From the NCBI GenBank assembly GCA_037137655.1, contig JBAXJX010000001.1, forward strand, positions 97,188 to 161,187: a stretch of DNA of 64,000 nt, in the 5' to 3' direction. The position numbers and the translations under genes are program-made. Under the pieces are notes generated by a model. The model did not search any database and had not been told where the DNA came from. It saw only the letters and a program-made list of their open reading frames with translations. The DNA comes from Candidatus Falkowbacteria bacterium (GTDB taxonomy: Bacteria > Patescibacteriota > Patescibacteriia > Patescibacteriales > UBA12465). Below are positions 44,706 to 53,929 of this stretch, piece after piece. Within the stretch, counting starts at the first letter, position 1. Each line of letters opens with the position of its first letter.

Positions 44706-46190
44706 TTAAACGCCTAAGATTTCTTGAAAAAGAATTTTTTCATTCTTTAATAAAAACTCAGGTGTAAATAATTCTTGCCATTGTTCGGTGAGTGGTCCGT
44801 CATTCAAGTTTAGACTTTTCAAAGCATAATTGTATTTATAAACTTGCACTTCACTAATATCTAAATCATCAGTGTTTTCTAATTTAGCTTCAGCAATAAT
44901 GAATTGAATTGAATTTAGATCTCTTTCTACAACATTCATTCTGAAAAGTAATTCGCCAGCCTGAGAAAATGATTCGGGAATAATTTCTCGAATGCTTGCT
45001 ACATGTTCACTAGGCTTAAAAGCGTTGAAGGCGGCTAATTGCACGATGCGATAAATATCCTCATGCGCCAATTCATCACCAACTAAATGTTCTTTGAGAA
45101 ATTCTTTAACTTCACTGGAAGCGTAAACGCCGCGTGATTCTAAAATTTCTTTGTACATGTTGTCGGGATAAACTTTCAAGCCTTTCAAGGTTTTATTCAA
45201 ATCATTGATGGCGAGTACAGTGACATGAAATAAATCAGGCCAAGCGATGCGCTCCACTGAAGATTGGTGAATAGCGCGTTCTTCCCAAGTTTTAATCGTA
45301 TTGCTAATCATTAAGGCGTAGCCTTGAGCGAGAACATTCAAGCCTTCAATTCGTTCCAATACAATTGTATTCTTTTTGTGCGGCATAGCAGTAGAACCTT
45401 TTTGTTTTTTCTTGAAAGGTTCTTGCATAAGCACGCGACCACTGCGGGCGGACAAACGAATGTCGGTCGCAATTTTGTCAATTACGGCCATCATGTTTGA
45501 TAAGCTTTGGGCAATTGGGGCATAGAGAATACGCGGCATAATTTGGGTTGCGCCGTAATAGGGTGTTAATCCCATGATTCGTAAAGTCTCTTTTTCAATC
45601 GCCGGATCAATGCTGCCATATTTACCAATCGCGCCAGACAACTTTGATAGTTGCAGATTTACGGTGGCGCTGTCCATTTGGATTTTGGCCATCTTTAAAT
45701 CTTGGTACCAGGTTAAAACGCGAGCGCCAAAACTTTGCATTTCAGCTTCTTGGCCATGAGTGCGAGCATTCATTATTGTATGGCGATATTTAATTGCCAT
45801 ATCAGCCAGCGTGTCTCTAAGCTCATTGTAGGATTCGCTCACACAAATTACCGCTTCTTTTAACATGATAGCAAAAGGTGCTTCCTCGGTGTCATAAGAT
45901 GTGATGTTTTTGTGCACATAGCAATGTAGCTCATTGGGTAAAAAACGGTAGCGTTCGTCAAGGAAGGCATTTAGATCGTGATGAATTTCTTTGTCACGCG
46001 CTTTCCACCATTCGATGTCAATTGGATTTTTTAACCATGCCTCAGCAATTCTTTCGTAAATTCCGGGTGGAATCTTTCCTAAATTAGTCATGGCTTGGAT
46101 TAAGGCTAGTTCGGTGTTTTGCCAAAGATTTAGCTTGTTTTTATCGCAAAATATTTGCGTTATTTTTGGCGTTGCATAACGTTGGATCAT
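44706..46190 (-). CDS. purB: Adenylosuccinate lyase family protein
   Basis: Fumarate-lyase signature GSTAMPHKKNT. 494 aa. Strong SD (AGGAGG) upstream. Confidence 0.85.
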   Translation of the reverse strand: MIQRYATPKITQIFCDKNKLNLWQNTELALIQAMTNLGKIPPGIYERIAEAWLKNPIDIEWWKARDKEIHHDLNAFLDERYRFLPNELHCYVHKNITSYDTEEAPFAIMLKEAVICVSESYNELRDTLADMAIKYRHTIMNARTHGQEAEMQSFGARVLTWYQDLKMAKIQMDSATVNLQLSKLSGAIGKYGSIDPAIEKETLRIMGLTPYYGATQIMPRILYAPIAQSLSNMMAVIDKIATDIRLSARSGRVLMQEPFKKKQKGSTAMPHKKNTIVLERIEGLNVLAQGYALMISNTIKTWEERAIHQSSVERIAWPDLFHVTVLAINDLNKTLKGLKVYPDNMYKEILESRGVYASSEVKEFLKEHLVGDELAHEDIYRIVQLAAFNAFKPSEHVASIREIIPESFSQAGELLFRMNVVERDLNSIQFIIAEAKLENTDDLDISEVQVYKYNYALKSLNLNDGPLTEQWQELFTPEFLLKNEKILFQEILGV

Positions 46191-46282
46191 TTGGTCCTCC
46201 TTTTTTATATTGGTTAGTGTTTTTAAAGTACATCAAGCCCCTAAGTTAGCCTGTTTGTTATAATTAGTCAAGAGCGGTTAAT

Positions 46283-46311
46283 TTGACAGCCTTTATTTAT
46301 TATGATAATTT
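46283..46311 (+). promoter_or_regulatory. Candidate promoter of the pyrE-pyrF fusion gene
   Basis: TTGACA (46283-46288), 17 nt spacer, TGaTAATTT (46303-46311). Confidence 0.5.
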
Positions 46312-46376
46312 TACCCATAAACCTTGTTTCTTAACAATTAAATAAATTATAGTATTAACCTTTAAATTTTGTAGAA

Positions 46377-47903
46377 ATGAAACGAAAACTAATTGAATTA
46401 ATTTTGAAGAAAGGAATTATTAAAACCAATTTCCAAGAACCGATTACTTTTAAATCGGGTATTATTTCGCCAATCTATTGCAATTTTCGTGAGTGTTCAA
46501 CTCATCCGGAATTAATGGAAGAAATTTGCGCTAGCTTTAAAAGAATATTCCCACTAGATGTGGATGGTATTATTGGGGTGGCGACTGGAGCAATTTCTCA
46601 CGCTACTTTATTAGCCAGAAGTATGAATTTGTCTTCTGGTTATATTCGCCCAGATGCTAAAGCCAAAGATTATGGTTTAAAAAACCTGATTGAAGGTATT
46701 AGTGTGGCGGGTAAAGATATTGTAGTGATTGAGGACTTGGTTTCGACTGCAGGGAGTGTGATAAATAATGCTAAAATAGTTGAGAAGTCTGGGGCGAAAA
46801 AGATTTATCTTGGTTCGATATTTTCTTATGATATGGAGAAATCCAAAAAAGAACTTAAAGAATCTGGATTTACTCTGCAATCACTTTTGACTATCAATGA
46901 CATTATGCCGTACTTACAGGAAACTCTAACACCAGAAAATTATGAAAGTTTAAAAGATTGGGTGCGTGATCCGGAAGGCTGGTTTAATCGTCATCGCTTG
47001 GAATTCAATTTTGGTTTTTTAACTACTTTACGTCGTTCGGCTCTGGAAAATAACAGTATTATTTCCATGGGGCTTGATCCGGTGTTAGAGGGGTTACCAG
47101 CTGAATATGCTAACGATGGTATTATTGGGGCTGTTCGTTTCTACAGAACTTTGATTAGTCAAATGAATTATAAGGGTGTTATGCCAGGAATGTTTAAGCC
47201 AAATGATGGTTTTTATGCCAAGCATGAAACGTGGGATGATGCCCGCGGGTATAAGGGATTAAGTCATTTGAGTAAAGTTATATCAGAGTATAATATTCCT
47301 GATTTAGCTGATGCTAAGCGCGGTGATATTGGCAAGAGTTCCCAAAATTATGCTGAGCAGTATTTTGTTGATAGTGATTGCTGGGGGGCAATAACAATCT
47401 CACCTTTTATGGGCACCGATTCCGTTGAGCCATTTATTAACTTCTGCAACCCAGTTAAAGGTAAAGGTGTTTATATTTTAAATAAAACATCAAACTCCGG
47501 TTCAAAAGATTTCCAAATGCTTAAAATGGCTGATGGTCGCTTCTTGTATCAACATGTTAGCGATAAGATTTTGGAATGGGCTAAAGGTAGACCAGGAGTG
47601 GGAGCAGTTGTTGGTGGTACTTCTTTAGAGGAGCTGCGCACAATTTTAGCTTTCTATGCTGGAAAAAATATTCCAGTCTTAGTGCCAGGCGTTGGTGCTC
47701 AAGGTGGTAGTGCTAAAGATGTGGCTAATGTCGCTCGTGAAGTTGGCTTTGAATTGCCACTTTTGCGCATTAATTCCTCTTCGGGTTTAACTCATCCATG
47801 GTATAAAAAACCAGGTGATCCGATTCCTTCTGAAAATGAATGCATCGAAATATGTATTAATGAGTTAAAAAAACTCAACGCTGAAGTTGGTACTATCGAA
47901 TAA
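46377..47903 (+). CDS. Bifunctional orotate phosphoribosyltransferase / OMP decarboxylase (UMP-synthase-like fusion)
   Basis: The N-terminal roughly 190 aa have FKSGIISPIYCNFR and the PRPP loop VVIEDLVSTAGS (PyrE). The C-terminal roughly 300 aa have GLDPV, ADAKRGDIGKSS and VPGVGAQGG (type-2 PyrF). Confidence 0.85.
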   Translation: MKRKLIELILKKGIIKTNFQEPITFKSGIISPIYCNFRECSTHPELMEEICASFKRIFPLDVDGIIGVATGAISHATLLARSMNLSSGYIRPDAKAKDYGLKNLIEGISVAGKDIVVIEDLVSTAGSVINNAKIVEKSGAKKIYLGSIFSYDMEKSKKELKESGFTLQSLLTINDIMPYLQETLTPENYESLKDWVRDPEGWFNRHRLEFNFGFLTTLRRSALENNSIISMGLDPVLEGLPAEYANDGIIGAVRFYRTLISQMNYKGVMPGMFKPNDGFYAKHETWDDARGYKGLSHLSKVISEYNIPDLADAKRGDIGKSSQNYAEQYFVDSDCWGAITISPFMGTDSVEPFINFCNPVKGKGVYILNKTSNSGSKDFQMLKMADGRFLYQHVSDKILEWAKGRPGVGAVVGGTSLEELRTILAFYAGKNIPVLVPGVGAQGGSAKDVANVAREVGFELPLLRINSSSGLTHPWYKKPGDPIPSENECIEICINELKKLNAEVGTIE

Positions 47904-47926
47904 AATCACAGTTTTTAGTTTTTTAC

Positions 47927-47955
47927 AGAGCATCAGAAATGGTGCTCTTTTTATT
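47927..47955 (+). terminator. Rho-independent terminator
   Basis: AGAGCATC-agaaat-GGTGCTCT followed by ttttattt. Confidence 0.7.
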
Positions 47956-48033
47956 TATTTTTAGTGGTATTTGCTCAACACTTTGACATTGCCAAATTTT
48001 TTTATTATAGTGTTAGGGTAAAAAGAATAGATA

Positions 48034-48120
48034 GGAGAGATGCCTGAGCGGTTTAAAGGAACAGTCTTGAAAACTGTCGACCATGAAAGTGGTCCGTGAG
48101 TTCGAATCTCACTCTCTCCG
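48034..48120 (+). tRNA. tRNA-Ser (anticodon UGA)
   Basis: Acceptor GGAGAGA/TCTCTCC, anticodon loop CTTGAAA, long variable arm, T loop AGTTCGAATCT. Confidence 0.93.
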
Positions 48121-48130
48121 CATATTAATA

Positions 48131-48157
48131 AAAACGCCGGTAATTTGGCGTTTTTTT
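48131..48157 (+). terminator. Rho-independent terminator after tRNA-Ser
   Basis: aaaaCGCC-ggtaatt-GGCGttttttt. Confidence 0.8.
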
Positions 48158-48223
48158 GTTTTACCTGTTTATGTTGCTATTACGGTGTGTTATAATTTAT
48201 TTATAATAAAATAACTTATTTTA

Positions 48224-49477
48224 ATGAAAAATAAAAAAGCCTTCACTTTAATCGAACTCTTGGTCGTTATCGCTATTATCGGCATTTTAGCGACTATCGC
48301 AGTTATCGCCCTGCAAAACGCCCGAGCGAAAGCACGCGATGCTCGTCGCGTGGCTGATGTGAAGCAAATGCAAACCGCGCTCGAATTATTTTTTAATGAT
48401 GCGCAACGTTATCCAACGGCTAATGAATTAACTTCAGGCGGAGCATTAGTGCATTCAGATGGTTATTCAACAACCACCTATATGGCGATAATCCCAACCC
48501 CACCATCTCCAGCTGATGGCTCATGTACCAGTACTAGTGCTTATTCCTATTCACCAACATCTGATGGTGCTTCGTACTCTATTTCTTATTGTGTTGGCGG
48601 TCCGGTTGGAACACTAGCTTCTGGTTCTCATTGTGCTACTCCGGCTGGAATTAATGATGGTAATAGTTGTGGTGCGGGGAGCGGAGGTGGTGGTGGAGGA
48701 AATATTCCTGTTATTACCGTCGGGACCCAACATTGGATGACAAAGAATTTAAATGTTGGCACTAGAATTGATAGTATTAGCGGAGCGCCTTGCGTTAATG
48801 TTTCTAATCAAGGTGGTGGTTGGTCTTGTCAAACCGATCCTAATACGGTCGAAAAATATTGTTATAATAATAACGAGGCTAATTGCACTACTGACGGTGG
48901 TCTTTATGAGTGGGCAGAAGCAATGGATTTGCCTTACCAATGTAATTATACTAACTACACTTGCGACGGCACGACTTGTACCTCAACCGAATATCCAAAT
49001 AGTTACGCTAATGGCGGTTGTACTTTTCCTGATCCGACGACCACCATGAGACGGGGTATTTGTCCTATTGGTTTTCATATTCCTGGCGACAGTGACAATG
49101 TAAGTGCTTTGGCAGATTTTAGGATTTTAGAGCAATATTTAGGCACCGCTAATTGTGATACGACTGGTCAGTGGGGATGTACTCCTGCTGGAGATAAATT
49201 AAAACAAGCCTTAGATAATCCTGATTCTAACAATAATGGCTGTGTTAATCCAAACGACGGTGTTTGTGGTTTGTCTGGTTTTAATGCTTTATTGGCCGGC
49301 TACCGTAATGGCGATGGCTCGTTTGGTGCTCGAGGTGTTCTTGCTTTTTTATGGTCGTCTATGTATAGCGGTCCGGATGGCGCCTGGAACCATTATCTGC
49401 ATCCTGGCATTTCTGGAATTTTACGTAATCCCAACATTCGAACGAATAGCTATTCAGTTCGCTGTGTTCAGGACTAA
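48224..49477 (+). CDS. Type IV pilin-like protein with C-terminal FISUMP-type domain (417 aa)
   Basis: MKNKKA|[17 protein letters not shown] prepilin signal, a pilin head, a Gly-run linker, then [14 protein letters not shown]...LYEWAEAM...[14 protein letters not shown]...SYSVRCVQD. Confidence 0.85.
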   Translation: MKNKKAFTLIELLVVIAIIGILATIAVIALQNARAKARDARRVADVKQMQTALELFFNDAQRYPTANELTSGGALVHSDGYSTTTYMAIIPTPPSPADGSCTSTSAYSYSPTSDGASYSISYCVGGPVGTLASGSHCATPAGINDGNSCGAGSGGGGGGNIPVITVGTQHWMTKNLNVGTRIDSISGAPCVNVSNQGGGWSCQTDPNTVEKYCYNNNEANCTTDGGLYEWAEAMDLPYQCNYTNYTCDGTTCTSTEYPNSYANGGCTFPDPTTTMRRGICPIGFHIPGDSDNVSALADFRILEQYLGTANCDTTGQWGCTPAGDKLKQALDNPDSNNNGCVNPNDGVCGLSGFNALLAGYRNGDGSFGARGVLAFLWSSMYSGPDGAWNHYLHPGISGILRNPNIRTNSYSVRCVQD

Positions 49478-51657
49478 ACTTGCATCAAAATCCTAACCAA
49501 CTTTAAATCATCATACGGATATTTCCCATCCAAATATTCAAATACTGGTTTTAATTTTTCTTCGCCACATTCAATAAAAGCCTTTTTCATGATTTCATAT
49601 TTGTCGTGGGGAAGTTTTAGATAGTCTAGATTAATTTTCTCACCGGCATCGACTAATTTTTCGATGTGATTAATAACGGTGCCAAGGGCTACTTTTTGGC
49701 TTTTAGCAATCCGCTCCACCGGAATTTTTTTTATCAAGAGTTCTTTAGTGCGGGAATAAAAAACCGGACCGCGCATTTTTATTTTTACAATCGGTTCGAC
49801 TATTTTTTTATCATCTCTGCTTGGTGCGACCAAATTATTTTCTTTTGTAAATTTAATAATCAGTTCCAAAAAAATAGCGCCGTGTTGTTCTAATTTTTTA
49901 GCACCAACGCCGCTGATTTTGGCAAAATCGTGGTTAGTCTGGGGTAAGTAATAAGCCATTTCGCGCAAGCTGGTGTCACCAAAAATTACAAAAGGTGGTA
50001 CGTTCGCTTTGTTAGCCAAGTCTTTGCGCAATTCTCGCAAAAGGGCAAATAGCTCCGGATTAAAATCAAGCTCGCCAGCTTTGGCTGGTTTTTTAATATT
50101 TTTAACATCGGCTTGTGGTTTATTTATAAAGAGCTCCTCTTGTCCGCGCAAAAATTTAATGCCGGTCTCTGTCAAACTTAAAGTCGGATACTGACCCTCG
50201 CTTTTCTGTAAATAGTCTAAGTTTGTCAATTGATTAATAATTTGGGCTAATTCATTTTCGGAAAAATCATTTACTATTTTAAAAACCGATAATTGGTCAT
50301 GTTTGTTGATTAAAATTTTCTGAATTTTTTTGCCCAGCAAAACATCAATAATATAATTTTTGCCGAAACGATTTTCCGTGCGCGCTACAGCGGAAAGAAT
50401 CTTTTGCGAAATAATCGTGGCATTGAAAACTTCTTGGGCGGTTAAGCAAACATCGCAAGCGCCACAATTGTCTTTTTCCAAAGTTTCACCAAAATATTTT
50501 AACAAGTATTTTTTTCGGCAAGTCGTTAAATCATAAAAGTTTAAAATTTCACTTAGTTTTTCTTGGGCATGTAGGCGGAGATGATCATCTTCAATTTGGT
50601 TGATGAAAAATTCATGTTTTCTGGTATCAGCATAAGTGTAAAAAGTCACGCATTCACTTGGCAATCCATCACGACCAGCCCGGCCGATTTCTTGGTAATA
50701 GCCTTCCAGCGTTTTGGGAAAAGTGTAATGCACCACCAAACGCACATCCGGCTTATCAATACCCATGCCGAAAGCAATGGTGGCGACAATAATATTAACG
50801 TGATCTTTGATAAAAAGATCTTGCACCATTTTTCTTTCATTAGCCTCTAGTCCGGCGTGATAAGCGCGGGCATTAAAATTGTTTAAACATAAATTCTCTG
50901 CGACCATCTCCGTTTCTTTGCGTGAGAAACAATAAATTATCACTGAGTCATTTTTATATTTTTCCAACAAGTTAACTAATTTAGGGAAGGCCTGTCTTTT
51001 TTCGACGACGCTTAAATTAAGATTCTCACGGTCAAAACTGGAAATGAAAATTGGTGCCCCTTTTAAATTGAGCTGGTTGATAATATCTTCGCGCACTTTG
51101 GCGGTGGCCGTGGCGGTCAAGGCGATGAGTGGTACAGCCGGAAAAAGTTTCTTTAGTAAACTTAAATTACGATAATCCGGCCGAAAATCATGGCCCCATT
51201 CGGAGATACAATGCGCTTCATCCACGGCAATTAAGCTAATAGTTAAAGATTCTAAAAATTTTTGAAACTCGGTTTGGGCAAATCTTTCCGGTGCCAAATA
51301 TAGAATTTTAATTTCATCATTTTTCGCGCGATCATAGGCAGCCTTGATTTGTTCGGCGCTTAAGGAGGAATTAATGAATTCAGCTTTAATGCCATTGGCT
51401 TGCAGGGCATCAACTTGATCCTTCATCAAGGCAATGAGTGGTGAGATTACTAAGGTTATTCCCGGAAGTTCCAGGGCCGGCAATTGATAACAAAGCGATT
51501 TACCGCCACCAGTCGGCATTAAAACAAAATTATCTTTCCCATCTAGCACATTCTTAATTATTTCCACCTGCCTAGGCCGAAACTCGTCATAACCGAAATA
51601 TTTTTTTAGAGTTTTGTGTAGTTGATTATTCATAACTGCATTTTGGCATAGATTCAT
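49474..51657 (-). CDS. recQ: ATP-dependent DNA helicase RecQ
   Basis: [37 protein letters not shown], a Zn-binding CxxC region, and HRDC-like and C-terminal HTH-like regions. The start could be 51633. Confidence 0.95.
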   Translation of the reverse strand: MNLCQNAVMNNQLHKTLKKYFGYDEFRPRQVEIIKNVLDGKDNFVLMPTGGGKSLCYQLPALELPGITLVISPLIALMKDQVDALQANGIKAEFINSSLSAEQIKAAYDRAKNDEIKILYLAPERFAQTEFQKFLESLTISLIAVDEAHCISEWGHDFRPDYRNLSLLKKLFPAVPLIALTATATAKVREDIINQLNLKGAPIFISSFDRENLNLSVVEKRQAFPKLVNLLEKYKNDSVIIYCFSRKETEMVAENLCLNNFNARAYHAGLEANERKMVQDLFIKDHVNIIVATIAFGMGIDKPDVRLVVHYTFPKTLEGYYQEIGRAGRDGLPSECVTFYTYADTRKHEFFINQIEDDHLRLHAQEKLSEILNFYDLTTCRKKYLLKYFGETLEKDNCGACDVCLTAQEVFNATIISQKILSAVARTENRFGKNYIIDVLLGKKIQKILINKHDQLSVFKIVNDFSENELAQIINQLTNLDYLQKSEGQYPTLSLTETGIKFLRGQEELFINKPQADVKNIKKPAKAGELDFNPELFALLRELRKDLANKANVPPFVIFGDTSLREMAYYLPQTNHDFAKISGVGAKKLEQHGAIFLELIIKFTKENNLVAPSRDDKKIVEPIVKIKMRGPVFYSRTKELLIKKIPVERIAKSQKVALGTVINHIEKLVDAGEKINLDYLKLPHDKYEIMKKAFIECGEEKLKPVFEYLDGKYPYDDLKLVRILMQV

Positions 51658-51748
51658 AAGCAGAGCAAATTTCCTTTGATTTTTTAGGGGTTTTATGATA
51701 TTTTATTATTGTATAGCATCTTGGTTATGTATTTAAAATAAATAAAAT

Positions 51749-52321
51749 ATGAAAATAGTTTTTGCTGTTATCGCTGCTTTGATAGGTGTTTTGGCATTCT
51801 TGCCATATTTTCGAGATATTTTTAGGCTTAAAACTAAACCACATATTTACACTTGGTTGATTTGGGCAATTACTCAAACAACAGCCATAGTTGGTATTAT
51901 CCGTGGTGGCGGTTCTTGGGGTGCGTTAAATCTTATTGTTGGAACTGTTTTTGTTGTTGGTATTTTTCTATTTTCTTTTAAATATGGATCAAAAAATATA
52001 ACCAGACAAGATACTTTTGTATTATTTGCCGCATTAGGTGCGATTCTTGTTTGGTGGCAACTTGATAAATTGACACTAGCGGTAATAATGGTTTCAATAA
52101 TTGATGTTCTAGGATATTTTCCGAGTTTTCGAAAAGTGTATCAAGAGCCGTGGAGTGAAACTTTGTCGTCGTGGCTATTGTTCTCCGTATCTAACATCTT
52201 TGCTATAATGGCCTTAGATAAGTACAACTTATTAACGGTAACTTATTTAACGTTGATATCATTGGCAAATATAGTTATGTTTTTAATTTGTTTTGTAAGA
52301 AGACGGTCAATTCCAAAATAA
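51749..52321 (+). CDS. Six-TM membrane protein with an internal 3+3 TM repeat (PQ-loop/SemiSWEET-like?)
   Basis: LPYFRDIFRLKTKPHIYTWLIW in the first half resembles GYFPSFRKVYQEPWSETLSSWLLF in the second half. Confidence 0.6.
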   Translation: MKIVFAVIAALIGVLAFLPYFRDIFRLKTKPHIYTWLIWAITQTTAIVGIIRGGGSWGALNLIVGTVFVVGIFLFSFKYGSKNITRQDTFVLFAALGAILVWWQLDKLTLAVIMVSIIDVLGYFPSFRKVYQEPWSETLSSWLLFSVSNIFAIMALDKYNLLTVTYLTLISLANIVMFLICFVRRRSIPK

Positions 52322-52349
52322 AATTGATTTTTAATTAAATTTATAAAAT

Positions 52350-52667
52350 ATGAAAAACTCAACTTTAGCTAAATGGGGTGCGCTTCACGCTACTGGTGTT
52401 TTTACTTTCATTCTTTTATTAGCCGTCTTCCTCGGTAAAGCCAGCGATTGGTTTGGCAAAGCTGACAAAAATATTGTCTCTCCATTAGCCGCGTTAATGT
52501 TGTTTGTTTTTTCGGCTTTAGTAACGGGCGGACTGGTTTTGGGAAAACCATTAATGCTCTATATTGATGGCCATAAGAAAGAAGGTGTGAAATTATTATT
52601 TTTCACCGGTCTTGGACTTTTTGTTTTTATGTCTTCAGCCTTTTTCGTTTTGTCGTTGATGAAATAA
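52350..52667 (+). CDS. Small 3-TM membrane protein
   Basis: 105 aa, hydrophobic throughout. Confidence 0.55.
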   Translation: MKNSTLAKWGALHATGVFTFILLLAVFLGKASDWFGKADKNIVSPLAALMLFVFSALVTGGLVLGKPLMLYIDGHKKEGVKLLFFTGLGLFVFMSSAFFVLSLMK

Positions 52668-52676
52668 AATTAATAT

Positions 52677-53189
52677 ATGAAACTAATAATTTTAAATGGA
52701 AGTACTTGCTCCGGCAAGAGCACAATTATAAAAAATATCTTGAAGAAACGAGATCATCTTTTTCATTTATCTTATGATTCTTTGAAGTGGTCTTTTTCCA
52801 ACTATAAACCAGACACTCATTTTAACGATGTTCGAATTATTGTTTTGGCTGTAGCCGCGGCGGTATTTAAAATGGGCTATGATGTTATCTCTGATTCAAC
52901 CTTGAGCAGAGAATCGCGCGAGAAATTAAAAAATTTAGCGATTGAAGCTGGCTATGAAATCCTGGAAGTTAATTTGGAAGCCGACTTTGAGTTATTGTCC
53001 GAAAGATTTGACGCGCGCGTGGCCAGTGCCTTGCTTAATCCCGAGCGTCGAATTTCCAATCTCTCCAAAGATAGATTTGTCGAACTTTATAACACATTTA
53101 ACCAAGAAAAAAATGCTTCAGCTCTGGTGTTCAGAACAGATATGCAAAGCGAAGAAGAAATTTCCGATAGTATAATTAAACTTTTGTAA
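52677..53189 (+). CDS. P-loop kinase-like protein (AAA_33/zeta-like small kinase)
   Basis: Walker A LNGSTCSGKST. 170 aa. Confidence 0.6.
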   Translation: MKLIILNGSTCSGKSTIIKNILKKRDHLFHLSYDSLKWSFSNYKPDTHFNDVRIIVLAVAAAVFKMGYDVISDSTLSRESREKLKNLAIEAGYEILEVNLEADFELLSERFDARVASALLNPERRISNLSKDRFVELYNTFNQEKNASALVFRTDMQSEEEISDSIIKLL

Positions 53190-53209
53190 TATAAAATAAA
53201 GCCAAATCT

Positions 53210-53902
53210 ATGATCAAATACAACGAAAAACATTTTAGTTCTAGTCAGCTCGTGCAAGATATTATTATTGGCATGTCCGATGGTTTAACTGTACCATTTG
53301 CTTTGGCGGCCGGTATTTCTGGTGTCACTCATTCAGCGGCAATTATTATCGCCGGCGGCTTGGCTGAAATTGTAGCTGGTTCAATTTCGATGGGATTAGG
53401 TGGTTACTTAGCGGCCAAAAGTGAAATTGATCATTATAAAACGGAATTGGCACGGGAATATCAAGAAGTGGAAGAAGTGCCAGAGGTTGAAGCGCAAGAA
53501 GTGACTGATATTTTTAAAACTTATGGTTTGCAAGATAATGAAATTGTTCCAATTATAAATAGCTTCCGGAAAGATAAAAAATCTTGGGTGGAATTTATGA
53601 TGAAAAATGAATTGGGCTTAGAAGAAACTCATCCGAAGCAAGCCCTAAAAACTGCTGCCACTATTACAAGCGCTTATGTTGTCGGCGGATTTATTCCGTT
53701 ATTACCGTATATGTTTGTGTCTCAAAATCATCAAGCCTTATTAATTTCGGCCATCATGACTTTATTGGCCTTATTAATTTTTGGCTATGTTAAAGGCTTG
53801 TTTATTGGCAACCGACCGTTTAAAAGTGCTTTTACAACCATGATTACCGGTGGCCTAGCAGCCGGCGCAGCTTTTTTATTAGCATCATTAATTTCTAGAT
53901 AA
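53210..53902 (+). CDS. VIT1/CCC1-family iron/manganese transporter
   Basis: IIIGMSDGLTVPFALAAG, a central acidic helix region EYQEVEEVPEVEAQE, and C-terminal TM helices. Confidence 0.8.
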   Translation: MIKYNEKHFSSSQLVQDIIIGMSDGLTVPFALAAGISGVTHSAAIIIAGGLAEIVAGSISMGLGGYLAAKSEIDHYKTELAREYQEVEEVPEVEAQEVTDIFKTYGLQDNEIVPIINSFRKDKKSWVEFMMKNELGLEETHPKQALKTAATITSAYVVGGFIPLLPYMFVSQNHQALLISAIMTLLALLIFGYVKGLFIGNRPFKSAFTTMITGGLAAGAAFLLASLISR

Positions 53903-53929
53903 AATAATCTTAAATATAAATAAAAAACT

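Noticed and set aside
48224-48700. pilE/pilS-style antigenic-variation system among the four pilin paralogs
   Set aside because: Each paralog is a complete gene with its own start. Where visible, each also has its own promoter and terminator. The conserved head modules differ at many synonymous sites, with only short runs of nucleotide identity (for example 15 nt, agtactagtgcttat). There is therefore no sign of silent cassettes or recent gene conversion in this window.
49474-49477. Four-base overlap of the convergent pilin (TAA at 49475-49477) and recQ (TAG complement at 49474-49476) stop codons, with no terminator between them
   Set aside because: The overlap is real but probably just genome compaction. 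It is noted because convergent transcription without a terminator could cause interference, but there is no evidence for function.
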